A stretch of 64,000 bases of DNA from an uncultured Syntrophomonadaceae bacterium (GTDB taxonomy: Bacteria > Bacillota > Dethiobacteria > DTU022): positions 38,087 to 102,086 of the forward strand of contig CAYQQK010000001.1 in NCBI GenBank assembly GCA_964420065.1, written 5' to 3'. The notes beneath the pieces are model-generated. The model was not told where the DNA came from. It made no database searches and was given only the letters and a program-made list of their open reading frames with translations. Position 1 is the stretch's first letter. Every line of letters begins with the position of its first letter. Shown one piece after another: positions 10,786 to 20,914 of this stretch. The position numbers and the translations under genes are program-made.

Positions 10786-12473
10786 CCATGATCATGAACG
10801 GTGCGCAGATGGTTATCGCCGCCCTGGAACAAGAACGGGTGGATACTGTATTCGGTTACCCCGGCGGGGCGGTGTTGCCCCTTTACGATGCTCTCTACCA
10901 CTCCCGGTTGCGCCATATTCAGGTGCGACATGAACAGGGAGCGGTGCATGCCGCCGACGGCTATGCACGGGTTACCGGAAAACCAGGGGTTGTTTTTGCC
11001 ACCTCTGGTCCGGGGGCAACGAACCTGGTCACCGGTATCGCCACGGCGCATATGGACTCGGTTCCTTTGGTCCTTATTACCGGACAGGTCGCAACCCGTT
11101 TGCTCGGGACCGACTCTTTCCAGGAGGCCGATATCACCGGAATCACCCTTCCCATTACCAAACATAATTATCTGATCCAGAATCTGGCCGAACTGCCCGG
11201 TAGCATAGCCGAGGCGTTCCATATCGCTTCTACCGGCCGGTGCGGACCGGTTTTGATCGATATTCCAAAGGATATTTTTGAAAAAGAAGGCCGGTTTCAA
11301 TATCCGCAAGCCCGCGAAATACCCGGGTACAAGCCTACTTTTGAAGGGCATAGCGGTCAGATTGCCAAGGCGGTCCGGGCTATTGGCGCGGCCCGGAAAC
11401 CGGTTATTTTTGCCGGCGGCGGGATCATCCGTTCCGGCGCCGCCGCAAGTTTGCAAGAGCTGGCCGAGAAGGCGCAAATACCGGTTGCTCTGACCCTGAT
11501 GGGCCTTGGTGCCTTTCCCGGGAGCAGTACCCTGTTTTTGGGCATGCCGGGGATGCACGGAACTGTCGCGGCCAACCGGGCCCTCTGTGCAGCCGATTTA
11601 ATAATCGCTGCCGGGGTGCGTTTCGATGACCGGGTTACAGGTAAATTGGACTGTTTTGCCCCCGGCGCCCGGATTATTCATATCGATATCGATCCGGCGG
11701 AAATCGGCAAGAACGTGGCGGTTCATATCCCTATTGTCGGCGATGTGGAACGGGTGCTGGGTTCGCTGCTTCACAAATTAAAACCCGGCGACACCGCTTC
11801 CTGGCGAGAACAGATCGCGGAATGGAAAAGGCTTTATCCCCTTGATCGTGGTTCCGGCACCGGTGCAACAGGTAAACTGAAACCACAATTTGTGATCCGG
11901 GAAATTTTCCGGCTCACCCGTGGAGAAGCGATCATCTCCACCGATGTGGGACAGCACCAGATGTGGACCGCACAATACTATCTTTTCGACCAGCCGTGCC
12001 GCTTCCTTTCTTCAGGAGGCCTGGGTACCATGGGTTACGGGTTCCCGGCGGCTATCGGAGCGGCACTGGCCTTGCCGGAAGAAACGGTTTTCTGCATTGT
12101 CGGGGACGGCGGGTTTCAGATGAATATCCAGGAGCTCGCCACGGCGGCGACGCACCGGGCGGGGGTTAAGGTGGCGGTGATCAACAATGGCTATCTGGGC
12201 ATGGTTCGTCAGTGGCAGGAACTATTCTGGGGGCGTCGTTATTCCCAAACGACGCTGACGGGTAACCCTGATTTTGTTCGGGTGGGAGAAGCGTACGGAA
12301 TTCCCGGTTTACGGGTATCCCGGGAAGAAGAGGTGTTTCCTGCCATCAGCGAAGCCCTTGCTACTCCGGGTCCGTTTTTGCTTGATTGCATGGTGGAGCC
12401 GGAAGAAAACGTGTTGCCCATGGTGCCTCCGAACAAACCAATCAACGAAATCCTCACCGGAGGTAACGGCTGA
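10782..12473 (+). CDS. ilvB: acetolactate synthase large subunit (TPP-dependent)
   Basis: TPP enzyme motifs ([44 protein letters not shown]). It overlaps the ilvD stop, so the true start may be the ATG at 10788 or 10794. Confidence 0.93.
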   Translation: MTMIMNGAQMVIAALEQERVDTVFGYPGGAVLPLYDALYHSRLRHIQVRHEQGAVHAADGYARVTGKPGVVFATSGPGATNLVTGIATAHMDSVPLVLITGQVATRLLGTDSFQEADITGITLPITKHNYLIQNLAELPGSIAEAFHIASTGRCGPVLIDIPKDIFEKEGRFQYPQAREIPGYKPTFEGHSGQIAKAVRAIGAARKPVIFAGGGIIRSGAAASLQELAEKAQIPVALTLMGLGAFPGSSTLFLGMPGMHGTVAANRALCAADLIIAAGVRFDDRVTGKLDCFAPGARIIHIDIDPAEIGKNVAVHIPIVGDVERVLGSLLHKLKPGDTASWREQIAEWKRLYPLDRGSGTGATGKLKPQFVIREIFRLTRGEAIISTDVGQHQMWTAQYYLFDQPCRFLSSGGLGTMGYGFPAAIGAALALPEETVFCIVGDGGFQMNIQELATAATHRAGVKVAVINNGYLGMVRQWQELFWGRRYSQTTLTGNPDFVRVGEAYGIPGLRVSREEEVFPAISEALATPGPFLLDCMVEPEENVLPMVPPNKPINEILTGGNG

Positions 12474-12964
12474 TGAGATATATTCTGGCGGTACTGGTCG
12501 AAAACAAGCCCGGGGTGCTGACACGGGTCGCCGGTTTATTTAGCCGGCGTGGGTTTAATATTGATAATATTGCCGTGGGGGAGACAGCGGAACCGGGCAT
12601 TTCTCGCATGACTATCGCTGTGCGGGGCGACGAAGCGGTGCTTGAACAGGTTGAAAAACAATTAAACAAGCTCATCAATGTGATCAAAGTAAGCAATCTT
12701 TCGCACGAACCGGCGGTAGTACGGGAGTTGGTCCTGATCAAGGTCAAAGCCGACCCCCGCACCCGGACCGATGTGCAACAGATTGTGGAAACCTTTCGGG
12801 GCAAGATCGTTGATGTTTCGCTGGATTCCATGATTGTCGAGGTTACCGGCAACAAGGAAAAGCTGGATGCGATCAAGTTACTGCTTCAACATTACGGGAT
12901 ACAGGAACTGGTGCGTACCGGAAAGATTGCCCTCCTGCGCGGCTTCAAAACCCGGGAGGGGTAA
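12473..12964 (+). CDS. ilvN: acetolactate synthase small (regulatory, ACT-domain) subunit
   Basis: [38 protein letters not shown] is the canonical IlvH/IlvN N-terminus. The gene is coupled to the ilvB stop. Confidence 0.93.
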   Translation: MRYILAVLVENKPGVLTRVAGLFSRRGFNIDNIAVGETAEPGISRMTIAVRGDEAVLEQVEKQLNKLINVIKVSNLSHEPAVVRELVLIKVKADPRTRTDVQQIVETFRGKIVDVSLDSMIVEVTGNKEKLDAIKLLLQHYGIQELVRTGKIALLRGFKTREG

Positions 12965-13045
12965 CCGTATTTTTTGTGACGGGGGGGGAATTGCAGAGCT
13001 CCTCTCGCAGACTGAACCATTGATTATGGAACAAAAGGAGGAGCT

Positions 13046-14314
13046 TTGATGGCCGGCAATACCATGGTTGAGAAAATATTGGCCCGGGGAGCGGACCGGA
13101 AAGAGGTCGAGGCCGGAGAGCTGATCAACGTGCGGATCGATCTTGCCCTGGGCAACGATATTACCGCCCCGCTGGCGATCCGGGAATTTGAAAAACTGGG
13201 TGCGAAACAGGTTTTCGATCCGGACAAGGTGGTTCTGGTACCAGATCATTTTACCCCCAACCGGGATATCGCTGCTGCCGGACAATGTCTTCTGTTGCGC
13301 AAGTTTGCGCAACGTCACCAGATTACCCATTATTACGAAGTCGGGCGTATGGGCATTGAACACGCTCTTGTTCCGGAGGAAGGCCTGGTTTGGCCGGGGG
13401 CGGCGGTGATCGGAGCCGATTCTCATACCTGCACTTACGGTGCGGTCGGTGCTTTCGCGACCGGGGTTGGGAGCACCGATTTGGCGGCGGCCATGGCTAC
13501 CGGGGAAGTTTGGTTTCGGGTACCGGCAACCATGCGCTTTATTTTCAACGGGAAACTGACGCCATGGGTAACCGGAAAAGATTTGATCCTTCATACCATC
13601 GGCCGGATCGGGGTCGACGGCGCTCGCTACCGGGCCATGGAATTTACCGGCGAAGCGGTGACGGAACTATCCATGGACAGTCGCTTCTCCATGTGTAACA
13701 TGGCCATAGAGGCTGGGGGTAAATGCGGCTACGTGTTGCCCGATCGGATCACGGCGGCTTACCTTCAAGGCCGGGTCAAGACGCCCTATGAAGTTGTCTT
13801 GAGCGATCCCGATGCCCGCTATATTGAAACACTGACCATGGATGTCAGCGCTCTCGAGCCCCAGGTAGCTTTTCCGCCTTCCCCGGCCCGTGTGCGTAAT
13901 GTACGTGAGGCCAGAGGGATTACCATCGATCAGGTGCTGATCGGCTCTTGCACCAATGGCCGTATGGAGGATCTACGCACAGCCGCTTCCATCTTGAAAG
14001 GACGCCGGGTCCATCCCCGGGTAAGGCTGCTCATCATCCCGGCGACCCAGCGTATTTACCGCCAGGCCATGGCGGAAGGGCTGCTTGATATCTTTATCCA
14101 GGCCGAAGCGGCGGTAAGCACTCCGACCTGCGGTCCTTGCCTGGGCGGGCACATGGGCGTTTTGGCGAAGGGCGAACGGGCCCTGGCCACTACCAACCGT
14201 AATTTTATCGGCCGGATGGGACATCCGGAAAGCGAAGTTTATCTTTGCGGTCCCGCCGTGGCGGCGGCCGGGGCTATTGCCGGGACAATCGTTCATCCCG
14301 AGGAGGTGCTGTAA
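13046..14314 (+). CDS. leuC: 3-isopropylmalate dehydratase large subunit (aconitase family, archaeal/LeuC2 type)
   Basis: Aconitase-family motifs (DSHTCTYGA, GSCTNGRMEDL, CGPCLG), 422 aa. Confidence 0.9.
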   Translation: MMAGNTMVEKILARGADRKEVEAGELINVRIDLALGNDITAPLAIREFEKLGAKQVFDPDKVVLVPDHFTPNRDIAAAGQCLLLRKFAQRHQITHYYEVGRMGIEHALVPEEGLVWPGAAVIGADSHTCTYGAVGAFATGVGSTDLAAAMATGEVWFRVPATMRFIFNGKLTPWVTGKDLILHTIGRIGVDGARYRAMEFTGEAVTELSMDSRFSMCNMAIEAGGKCGYVLPDRITAAYLQGRVKTPYEVVLSDPDARYIETLTMDVSALEPQVAFPPSPARVRNVREARGITIDQVLIGSCTNGRMEDLRTAASILKGRRVHPRVRLLIIPATQRIYRQAMAEGLLDIFIQAEAAVSTPTCGPCLGGHMGVLAKGERALATTNRNFIGRMGHPESEVYLCGPAVAAAGAIAGTIVHPEEVL

Positions 14315-14821
14315 ATGACCCTTAGAGGCAGGATCTGGGTTTTCAATGACGATGTGGACACCGACCTTATTATTCCAGCCCGCTATCTGAGCGCTACCGG
14401 AGCGCAGGAGCTGGCTGCTCATTGCCTTGAAGACTTACGGCCCGAATTTCCCCGGAAAGTGCGTCCCGGGGATATGATTGTGGCCGGAAACAACTTTGGC
14501 TGCGGCAGCTCCCGGGAACAGGCTCCGCTTGCCTTGAAAGGATCGGGGATAGCCTGTATCATCGCCCGCAGCTTTGCTCGCATTTTTTTTCGCAATGCGA
14601 TCAATATCGGCCTTTCGATTCTGGAATGTCCGGAAAACCTGACCGGGCAACTAATTGAAGGGGAAGAAATCACGGTGGACCGAAAAGCCGGACTGATCCG
14701 CGATGGTAAAGGCAATTGCTGGCCAGCCACAGCTTTTCCTCCTTTTATGCAACAAATTATTGATGATGGAGGCCTCATTGAACACGTGCGCCGGCGAACC
14801 GGCGGCCGGGAAATAGGCTGA
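14315..14821 (+). CDS. leuD: 3-isopropylmalate dehydratase small subunit
   Basis: 168 aa LeuD-type swivel domain (GNNFGCGSSREQA), coupled to the leuC stop. Confidence 0.9.
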   Translation: MTLRGRIWVFNDDVDTDLIIPARYLSATGAQELAAHCLEDLRPEFPRKVRPGDMIVAGNNFGCGSSREQAPLALKGSGIACIIARSFARIFFRNAINIGLSILECPENLTGQLIEGEEITVDRKAGLIRDGKGNCWPATAFPPFMQQIIDDGGLIEHVRRRTGGREIG

Positions 14822-14921
14822 GGTGGTAAAACAGGTTTTTGGGGCTGGTAACGGGCAACAGGCCGGTTTTTTGCCGGCCCGGCTGCTTCCTGTTTTGCTC
14901 CGGCGAATGCCTGCAACCGTT

Positions 14922-14949
14922 TTGCAATCGTTGTTATTTCAGTTATAAT
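14922..14949 (+). promoter_or_regulatory. sigma-A-like promoter (TTGCAA-N16-TATAAT) upstream of the EF-G paralog
   Basis: ttgcaatcgttgttatttcagttataat lies ~35 nt upstream of the RBS GAGGAGG. Confidence 0.4.
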
Positions 14950-14983
14950 GAAATTTGAACGGTCATTTCGAGGAGGCGACTGG

Positions 14984-17074
14984 ATGAAAAAATATGCGAG
15001 CGATCACCTGCGCAACGTGGCCCTGATCTCCCACGGTGGTGCCGGTAAAACTTCCCTGGCGGAAGCGATGCTTTTTACGGCCAAGGCGATCAATCGTCTT
15101 GGAAAAATCGAGGCGGGCAATACCACGACCGACTACGATCCGGATGAAATAAAACGGCAGGTTACGATCAATACCGCCCTGGCCCCCCTGGAATGGTCCG
15201 GCCTGAAGGTGAATTTACTGGATACGCCGGGCTACTTTGATTTTATCGGTGATGTTCTCGGGGCTTTACGTGTCGCCGACGGTGTCGTGGTGGTGGTTTG
15301 TGCCGTCTCCGGGGTGGAAGTGGGCACGGAGAAAATGTGGAGCATTGCCGACGAAATGAACCTTCCCCGGGTTGTGTTTGTCAACAAGCTGGACCGGGAA
15401 AACGCCGATTTTGGGCGGACTCTGGGCCAACTTCAACAATATTTTGGTCTTTCCGTCGCCCCCTTACAACTACCGATCGGCAAGGAAAACGGTTTCAACG
15501 GGGTGGTCGATTTAATTGCCGGGAAGGCCCTCTATTTTGAGGGTGAGGGTCTGGAAGTGCGGGAAGACGATATTCCCGACAATTTGCAAGAGGAAGCCGG
15601 CGCCTTGCGAGAAAAGCTGATTGAAGCGGTGGTCGAATCGGATGACGAGCTGTTATTAAAGTATCTGGAAGGGGAGCCGCTGGATCCGGAGGAAATCTTG
15701 CGCGCCCTGCGCCGGAGTGTTCTTGAAGGAAAAGTAGTCCCCGTTTTGTGTGGTGCGGCGACACGTAATTATGGTTCCCAGCCTCTGCTTGATATCATTG
15801 GTCACTATCTTCCTTCACCGGCGGACCGGGGTGCGGTTACCGGTAAACTGCCCCGTTCGGAAGAAGAGGAAGAGGTGACGCGCCAACCCGATCCGGCCGA
15901 ACCGTTCAGTGCCTTGGTATTCAAGACTCTGGCCGACCCATACGTTGGGCGGATTACCTATTTTCGGGTTTGTTCGGGCATTTTAAAACCGGACTCCCAG
16001 ATCTACAATACGACCAGGGAAAAAGCGGAACGGATCGGGCAGGTTTTTACAATGCGCGGCAAAAACCAAGTTCTTTTGGAGGAGGTTGTTGCCGGTGATA
16101 TCGCCTCCGCTGCCAAGTTGCAACATACCGCAACCGGTGATACCTTGTGTGATCGCAGTCACCCCGTGTTATTTCCGGGTTTCGATTTTCCCGAACCGGT
16201 TATCTCATTTGCCGTTGAGCCAAAAACGAAAGGGGACGAGGAAAAGGTTTCAAGCGGCTTGGCCCGTTTTATTGAAGAAGACCCCACTTTCCGTCTTGAA
16301 CGACGGGCTGAAACCAGGCAGACGGTTATTTCCGGTATGGGAGAAACCCATCTCGAGATCATTGTCAGCCGGCTCGCACAAAAATTTGGGGTAGAGGTGG
16401 AGTTATCTACCCCCAAGGTGCCCTACAAGGAAACCATCCGCAAATCGACCCGGGTGGAAGGAAAGCATAAAAAACAAACCGGGGGGCGGGGCCAGTACGG
16501 TCATGTTTTTCTGGATCTGGAACCGGCCGAGGTTGGGGAAGGGCTGATTTTTGAAGACAAGATCTTTGGCGGGGCAGTGCCGAAACAGTATATTCCGGCT
16601 GTCGAAAAAGGCGTCCGTGAGGCCATGGACGGAGGAGTGTTGGCCGGTTACCCTGTCGTTGACGTGAGGGTAAAATTGGTGGACGGTTCCTACCATACCG
16701 TGGACTCCTCGGAAATGGCCTTCAAGATCGCCTCCGGGATGGCGTTTCGCAAAGGGATGGAGCAGGCTTCCCCGGTCCTTTTGGAACCGGTAATGAACGT
16801 GGAAGTGTTGGTTCCCGAAGATTTCATGGGGGATATCATGGGTGATTTAAACGGCCGCCGCGGGCGGATCCAGGGGATGGAACCTTACGGTGGCGTCCAG
16901 AAGATCCTGGCCCAGGTCCCGATGGCCGAGATGTTCCGCTATTCGATCGACCTGCGCTCCATGACCCAGGGTCGGGGGTTTTTTGCGATGAAATTTTCCC
17001 ACTATGAAGAGGTACCGGCTCAAATTGCCGAACAGGTGGCTGCCGCCGCCAGGGCTGCCCGGGAAAAAGAATAG
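14984..17074 (+). CDS. elongation factor G paralog (EF-G2-like translational GTPase)
   Basis: All five EF-G domains are present. The G1 motif is ISHGGAGKTS (canonical EF-G has AHIDAGKTT), and NKLD and DTPGYFDF are present. Start MKKYASDH, 11 nt after GAGGAGG. Confidence 0.85.
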   Translation: MKKYASDHLRNVALISHGGAGKTSLAEAMLFTAKAINRLGKIEAGNTTTDYDPDEIKRQVTINTALAPLEWSGLKVNLLDTPGYFDFIGDVLGALRVADGVVVVVCAVSGVEVGTEKMWSIADEMNLPRVVFVNKLDRENADFGRTLGQLQQYFGLSVAPLQLPIGKENGFNGVVDLIAGKALYFEGEGLEVREDDIPDNLQEEAGALREKLIEAVVESDDELLLKYLEGEPLDPEEILRALRRSVLEGKVVPVLCGAATRNYGSQPLLDIIGHYLPSPADRGAVTGKLPRSEEEEEVTRQPDPAEPFSALVFKTLADPYVGRITYFRVCSGILKPDSQIYNTTREKAERIGQVFTMRGKNQVLLEEVVAGDIASAAKLQHTATGDTLCDRSHPVLFPGFDFPEPVISFAVEPKTKGDEEKVSSGLARFIEEDPTFRLERRAETRQTVISGMGETHLEIIVSRLAQKFGVEVELSTPKVPYKETIRKSTRVEGKHKKQTGGRGQYGHVFLDLEPAEVGEGLIFEDKIFGGAVPKQYIPAVEKGVREAMDGGVLAGYPVVDVRVKLVDGSYHTVDSSEMAFKIASGMAFRKGMEQASPVLLEPVMNVEVLVPEDFMGDIMGDLNGRRGRIQGMEPYGGVQKILAQVPMAEMFRYSIDLRSMTQGRGFFAMKFSHYEEVPAQIAEQVAAAARAAREKE

Positions 17075-17148
17075 TTTTTCCCCTGGTCCGGCATCAATCC
17101 CTGTTGTACCGGTTCATATTATGAGGACAGGAAACGAACGCCTGCCGT

Positions 17149-18309
17149 GTGTGGAGAACAAACGGCCTGTTTTCACCGGTCAGGGAGGGCGGTGCAGCAT
17201 TGATCCGTAAACGGGTGGCCGTAATTTTTGGAGGGCAATCCGGGGAACATGTGGTATCCTTGCGTTCGGCGGCCTCGGTGATGCAAGCGCTCGATCCGGA
17301 TCGTTACACCGCCGTTCCGGTAGGTATCTCCCGGGAAGGGCGCTGGTTTACCGGAGAGGAATGCTGGCGTGAGTTGTTGGAATGCAAGTTGTCCGGCCGT
17401 TCACGTCCAGCCCAGTTGGTTACCGACCCATCCCGCCCGGGTTTGCTCGTGCAGAAGGCGGCGGGTGATGGCTCCGGTTGGAGATTCACTCCCCTTGACC
17501 TGGTTTTCCCGGTTTTGCACGGTCCTTTCGGTGAAGACGGTACGGTGCAGGGGCTATTGGAACTGGCCGGGTTGCCGTACGTGGGTTCGGGAGTGCTTTC
17601 TTCGGCCGTTTCCATGGATAAGGTGATCATGAAGATTCTCTTTGCCAGGCGCGGTCTCCCGGTGGGACCATACCTGTATTTTTATAACCGGGATTGGCGG
17701 AAACGGCCACGCTATTGGGGGCAAAGGGTGCAGGGGGAACTTGGTTTTCCCTGTTTTGTTAAACCCGCCAACCTGGGCTCGAGCGTGGGTATTACCCGGG
17801 TGACGCACCCGGATCATTTTATGACAGCGGTGGCAACCGCCCTTGAGTACGACGAAAAAGTGATTGTTGAGGCATTGATCCCGGGGCGGGAAGTCGAAGT
17901 AAGCGTTTTGGGCGATTGCCCCCCGGTTGCCTCTTTGCCCGGTGAAATTATCCCCTGCAATGAATTTTACGATTATCAGGCCAAATACATCGATGACCGC
18001 TCTGTTTTGGTGGTTCCGGTTGATCTGGGGGAAGAACTGGGACGGCGGGTAAGGGATATCGCTGTCCGGGCCTTCCAGGCTGTAGAGGGTAGCGGTCTGG
18101 CACGGGTTGATTGTTTTGTCGACACCACCGCGGGCAAAGTGACGGTAAATGAAATTAACACCATGCCGGGTTTTACCAGTATCAGCATGTTTCCGAAACT
18201 GTGGGAAGCCAGCGGCCTTTCCTACCGCAACCTGGTTGCGCGCTTGCTGGAACTGGCGGAGGAACGTTTTGCGCACCGGCGCGCATTGAAAACGGTACCG
18301 CCGGAATAG
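17149..18309 (+). CDS. ddl: D-alanine--D-alanine ligase
   Basis: ATP-grasp Ddl motifs (RVAVIFGGQSGEHVVSLRSAASV, FPVLHGPFGEDGTVQGLLEL, GFPCFVKPANLGSSVG). The exact start is uncertain (GTG/TTG candidates near 17200). Confidence 0.85.
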   Translation: MWRTNGLFSPVREGGAALIRKRVAVIFGGQSGEHVVSLRSAASVMQALDPDRYTAVPVGISREGRWFTGEECWRELLECKLSGRSRPAQLVTDPSRPGLLVQKAAGDGSGWRFTPLDLVFPVLHGPFGEDGTVQGLLELAGLPYVGSGVLSSAVSMDKVIMKILFARRGLPVGPYLYFYNRDWRKRPRYWGQRVQGELGFPCFVKPANLGSSVGITRVTHPDHFMTAVATALEYDEKVIVEALIPGREVEVSVLGDCPPVASLPGEIIPCNEFYDYQAKYIDDRSVLVVPVDLGEELGRRVRDIAVRAFQAVEGSGLARVDCFVDTTAGKVTVNEINTMPGFTSISMFPKLWEASGLSYRNLVARLLELAEERFAHRRALKTVPPE

Positions 18310-18345
18310 GCACGGATCGCCCGGCGGCACGCCGAAAAGAAGGAG

Positions 18346-19518
18346 ATGATGCCCGTGAACAAAGAATTGTTATTGATTCCCGGACCGACCCCCATTCCCC
18401 AGGTGATTGCCCAGGCGATGACGACCGAAATGTTTAACCACCGCGGTTTACGTTTTAAAAAACTGTTGGAGGAATTAACCGCTTCGTTAAAAGAAGTTTT
18501 TATGACCGCCGGGCATCTTTTCATTCTTACCTCCTCCGGTACAGGAGCACTGGAAACGGCGGTGGTCAACTTTCTTTCGCCCGGCGACCGGGTGCTCTGT
18601 TTGACCAACGGCGTTTTTGGCGATCGTCTGGCCGCTATTGCCGCAACCTATGGCGCCGCCGTGGAACGCTTGGCGAGCGAATGGGGAAAACCGCTCGACT
18701 ACGATGCCCTGGAAGCACTTTTGCGTGCCGACCACGAGCACCGGATCAAGGCCGTAACGGTCGTCCATAATGAATCCTCTACCGGTATGATGAATGACGT
18801 CGAGCGCATCAGCCGCTTCCGGGGCGATCATCCGGCGCTGCTCATCGTTGATACGATTAGTTCAATGGGGGCGGTACCCTTTCCGGTTGACAAATGGCAG
18901 GTCGATGTTTGTCTGACCGGTTCACAAAAGGTGTTGATGTTACCACCGGGACTGGCGCTGATCAGTGTTGGGGAACGTGCCTGGGAAGTCTCATCCACGG
19001 CCCAAATGAAAAGTTTCTATTTCAATTTGCATACCGCCTGCACATTCTGTGCGAAAGGACAAACCCCCTGGACACCGGCCTTGCCCCAGATGGTGGCGGC
19101 ACGGACCGCCCTGGATCTTTATTTTCGGGAAGGACGGGAACAATGTCATGCCCGGCACCGGTGCATGGCCGGCGCGGTTCGTGCTGCGGCACGGGCATTG
19201 GGTCTGGAACTGCTGGTCGAGGATCGGTACGCTTCGATGACTGTTACCGCCATCATCGGGCCGGATGGGGTGAACCTGCCCGAACTTTGTGAGACCATGC
19301 GCGAACGTTTTGGAGTCGAGATTGCCGCGGGCCAGGGTAAGCTAAGCTCAAGCACTTTTCGTATTGGACACCTCGGCGCGGTGACTGAAATAGACATTGT
19401 GACCGGTGTTGCAGCCCTTGAAATGGCCTTGCATTTACAAGGGTACCGGTTGGAGCTTGGCGCCGGGGTGCGAGCGGCGCAAAAAGTTCTATTGGAGCGA
19501 TGTCGGCCCCCGCTTTAA
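18346..19518 (+). CDS. class V pyridoxal-phosphate aminotransferase (serine-pyruvate / alanine-glyoxylate aminotransferase family)
   Basis: LLIPGPTPIPQVIAQAM N-terminus and TGSQKVLMLPPGL (PLP-lysine region) are typical of AGXT/SgaA-type enzymes. Confidence 0.75.
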   Translation: MMPVNKELLLIPGPTPIPQVIAQAMTTEMFNHRGLRFKKLLEELTASLKEVFMTAGHLFILTSSGTGALETAVVNFLSPGDRVLCLTNGVFGDRLAAIAATYGAAVERLASEWGKPLDYDALEALLRADHEHRIKAVTVVHNESSTGMMNDVERISRFRGDHPALLIVDTISSMGAVPFPVDKWQVDVCLTGSQKVLMLPPGLALISVGERAWEVSSTAQMKSFYFNLHTACTFCAKGQTPWTPALPQMVAARTALDLYFREGREQCHARHRCMAGAVRAAARALGLELLVEDRYASMTVTAIIGPDGVNLPELCETMRERFGVEIAAGQGKLSSSTFRIGHLGAVTEIDIVTGVAALEMALHLQGYRLELGAGVRAAQKVLLERCRPPL

Positions 19519-19610
19519 GGTGCGGCGGTGGGGTTTGGCCTGCATTTCAGGTTCAGAATCAGGGAGGCAATCGGGTGGAACGCATCTGTCAACTGACCCT
19601 GGCGGAATTC

Positions 19611-20225
19611 ATGGGAGAGGGTAGTACAATAAAAAAACCGCCTGCCCGGATAGATCCGGTCGAAAAGTTGGCTGCACTGGCCGCCGGTTGCCGGGACTGT
19701 TCCCGTTGCGGCTTGCGTGCCGGCTGCCGGCAGGTCGTTTTTGGAGCGGGTAATCCCCGTGCCCGGTTGTTCCTCATTGGTGAAGCCCCGGGGGCGGACG
19801 AGGATCGCCTCGGCCGGCCTTTTGTTGGCGCAGCCGGCCGGTTGTTGACTCGTATTTTGGAAGCAGTTGGGCTTAACCGGGAAGAAGTTTACATCACCAA
19901 TGTGGTCAAATGCCGGCCTCCGGGAAACCGGCTGCCGGAGGCGGTAGAAAAAGAAGCCTGCCTGCCATATTTGTGGGAACAGCTTTCCCTGATCGATCCG
20001 CCCTTGATCGTTTGCCTGGGTGCAGTTGCTGCACGCACTCTTGTCGGCGGAGCTTCCATTACCCGAATGCGGGGACGCTGGCACCGCCTTGCGGAGCGGC
20101 TGGTTATGCCCACTTTTCACCCGGCGGCGCTTTTACGCGATCCGAATAAAAAAAGGCCGGTTTGGGAGGATTTCCAGCAGGTAGCCCAGTATTATCGTCG
20201 ACTTCCGGAAGGGGACGGGCCCTGA
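19611..20225 (+). CDS. uracil-DNA glycosylase, family 4
   Basis: Family 4 UDG motifs (LFLIGEAPGADED, RPFVGAAGRLL, VYITNVVKCRPPGNR) and an N-terminal Cys cluster. The start is taken at MGEGS. The listed ORF starts at 19500 inside the aminotransferase. Confidence 0.8.
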   Translation: MGEGSTIKKPPARIDPVEKLAALAAGCRDCSRCGLRAGCRQVVFGAGNPRARLFLIGEAPGADEDRLGRPFVGAAGRLLTRILEAVGLNREEVYITNVVKCRPPGNRLPEAVEKEACLPYLWEQLSLIDPPLIVCLGAVAARTLVGGASITRMRGRWHRLAERLVMPTFHPAALLRDPNKKRPVWEDFQQVAQYYRRLPEGDGP

Positions 20226-20914
20226 TGACCAAAAAAAATATTTTAGTGGTCGATGATGAACGAACCCTGGTCAAAGCCCTTAAATTCACCCTGGAAAAGG
20301 AAGGTTTTCGGGTTGAAGAAGCTTTTGACGGCGAGGAAGCGTTGCAAAAAGTTTTGGCTGAACCGCCTGACATTATTGTCCTCGATCTAATGTTACCCGG
20401 GGTAGATGGTTTTGAGGTCTGCCGGCGCATCCGTAAAAAGATGGAACTGCCGATTATTATGCTCACTGCCCGCGACGACGACATCGACAAGATTTTAGGG
20501 TTGGAATTAGGGGCGGACGATTACTTGACCAAGCCTTTTAATCCCCGGGAGCTGGTGGCTCGGATCAAGGCCATTCTGCGTCGCACCGGGGTCGAAGAGG
20601 AGTTGCGCAAGTACATTCAGGTCGGTGCACTCCAGATTGATTTATTGCGGCACAAGGTCCGCTTGAACCGGCGCGAGGTCGAACTGACCGCAAAGGAATT
20701 TGCTCTGCTCGGTTTCCTTGCGGCCAACGCCGGGCGGGTTTACTCCCGGGACCAGCTCCTGGAACGGGTGTGGGGTGAGAACTACCCGGGGGATGCCCGG
20801 ACCGTGGATGTGCATATCCGACGCCTGCGGGAAAAACTGGAAAAGGATCCGGGTAACCCGGAGTTGATCATTACCGTTTGGGGGACCGGGTACAAGTTTC
20901 GGGAGGAGTACTGA
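20225..20914 (+). CDS. OmpR/PhoB-family two-component response regulator
   Basis: Receiver domain (ILVVDDERTLVKALKFTLEKEGF, D-box, K) plus a winged-helix C-terminus (DVHIRRLREKLE). The ATG overlaps the UDG stop. Confidence 0.88.
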   Translation: MTKKNILVVDDERTLVKALKFTLEKEGFRVEEAFDGEEALQKVLAEPPDIIVLDLMLPGVDGFEVCRRIRKKMELPIIMLTARDDDIDKILGLELGADDYLTKPFNPRELVARIKAILRRTGVEEELRKYIQVGALQIDLLRHKVRLNRREVELTAKEFALLGFLAANAGRVYSRDQLLERVWGENYPGDARTVDVHIRRLREKLEKDPGNPELIITVWGTGYKFREEY

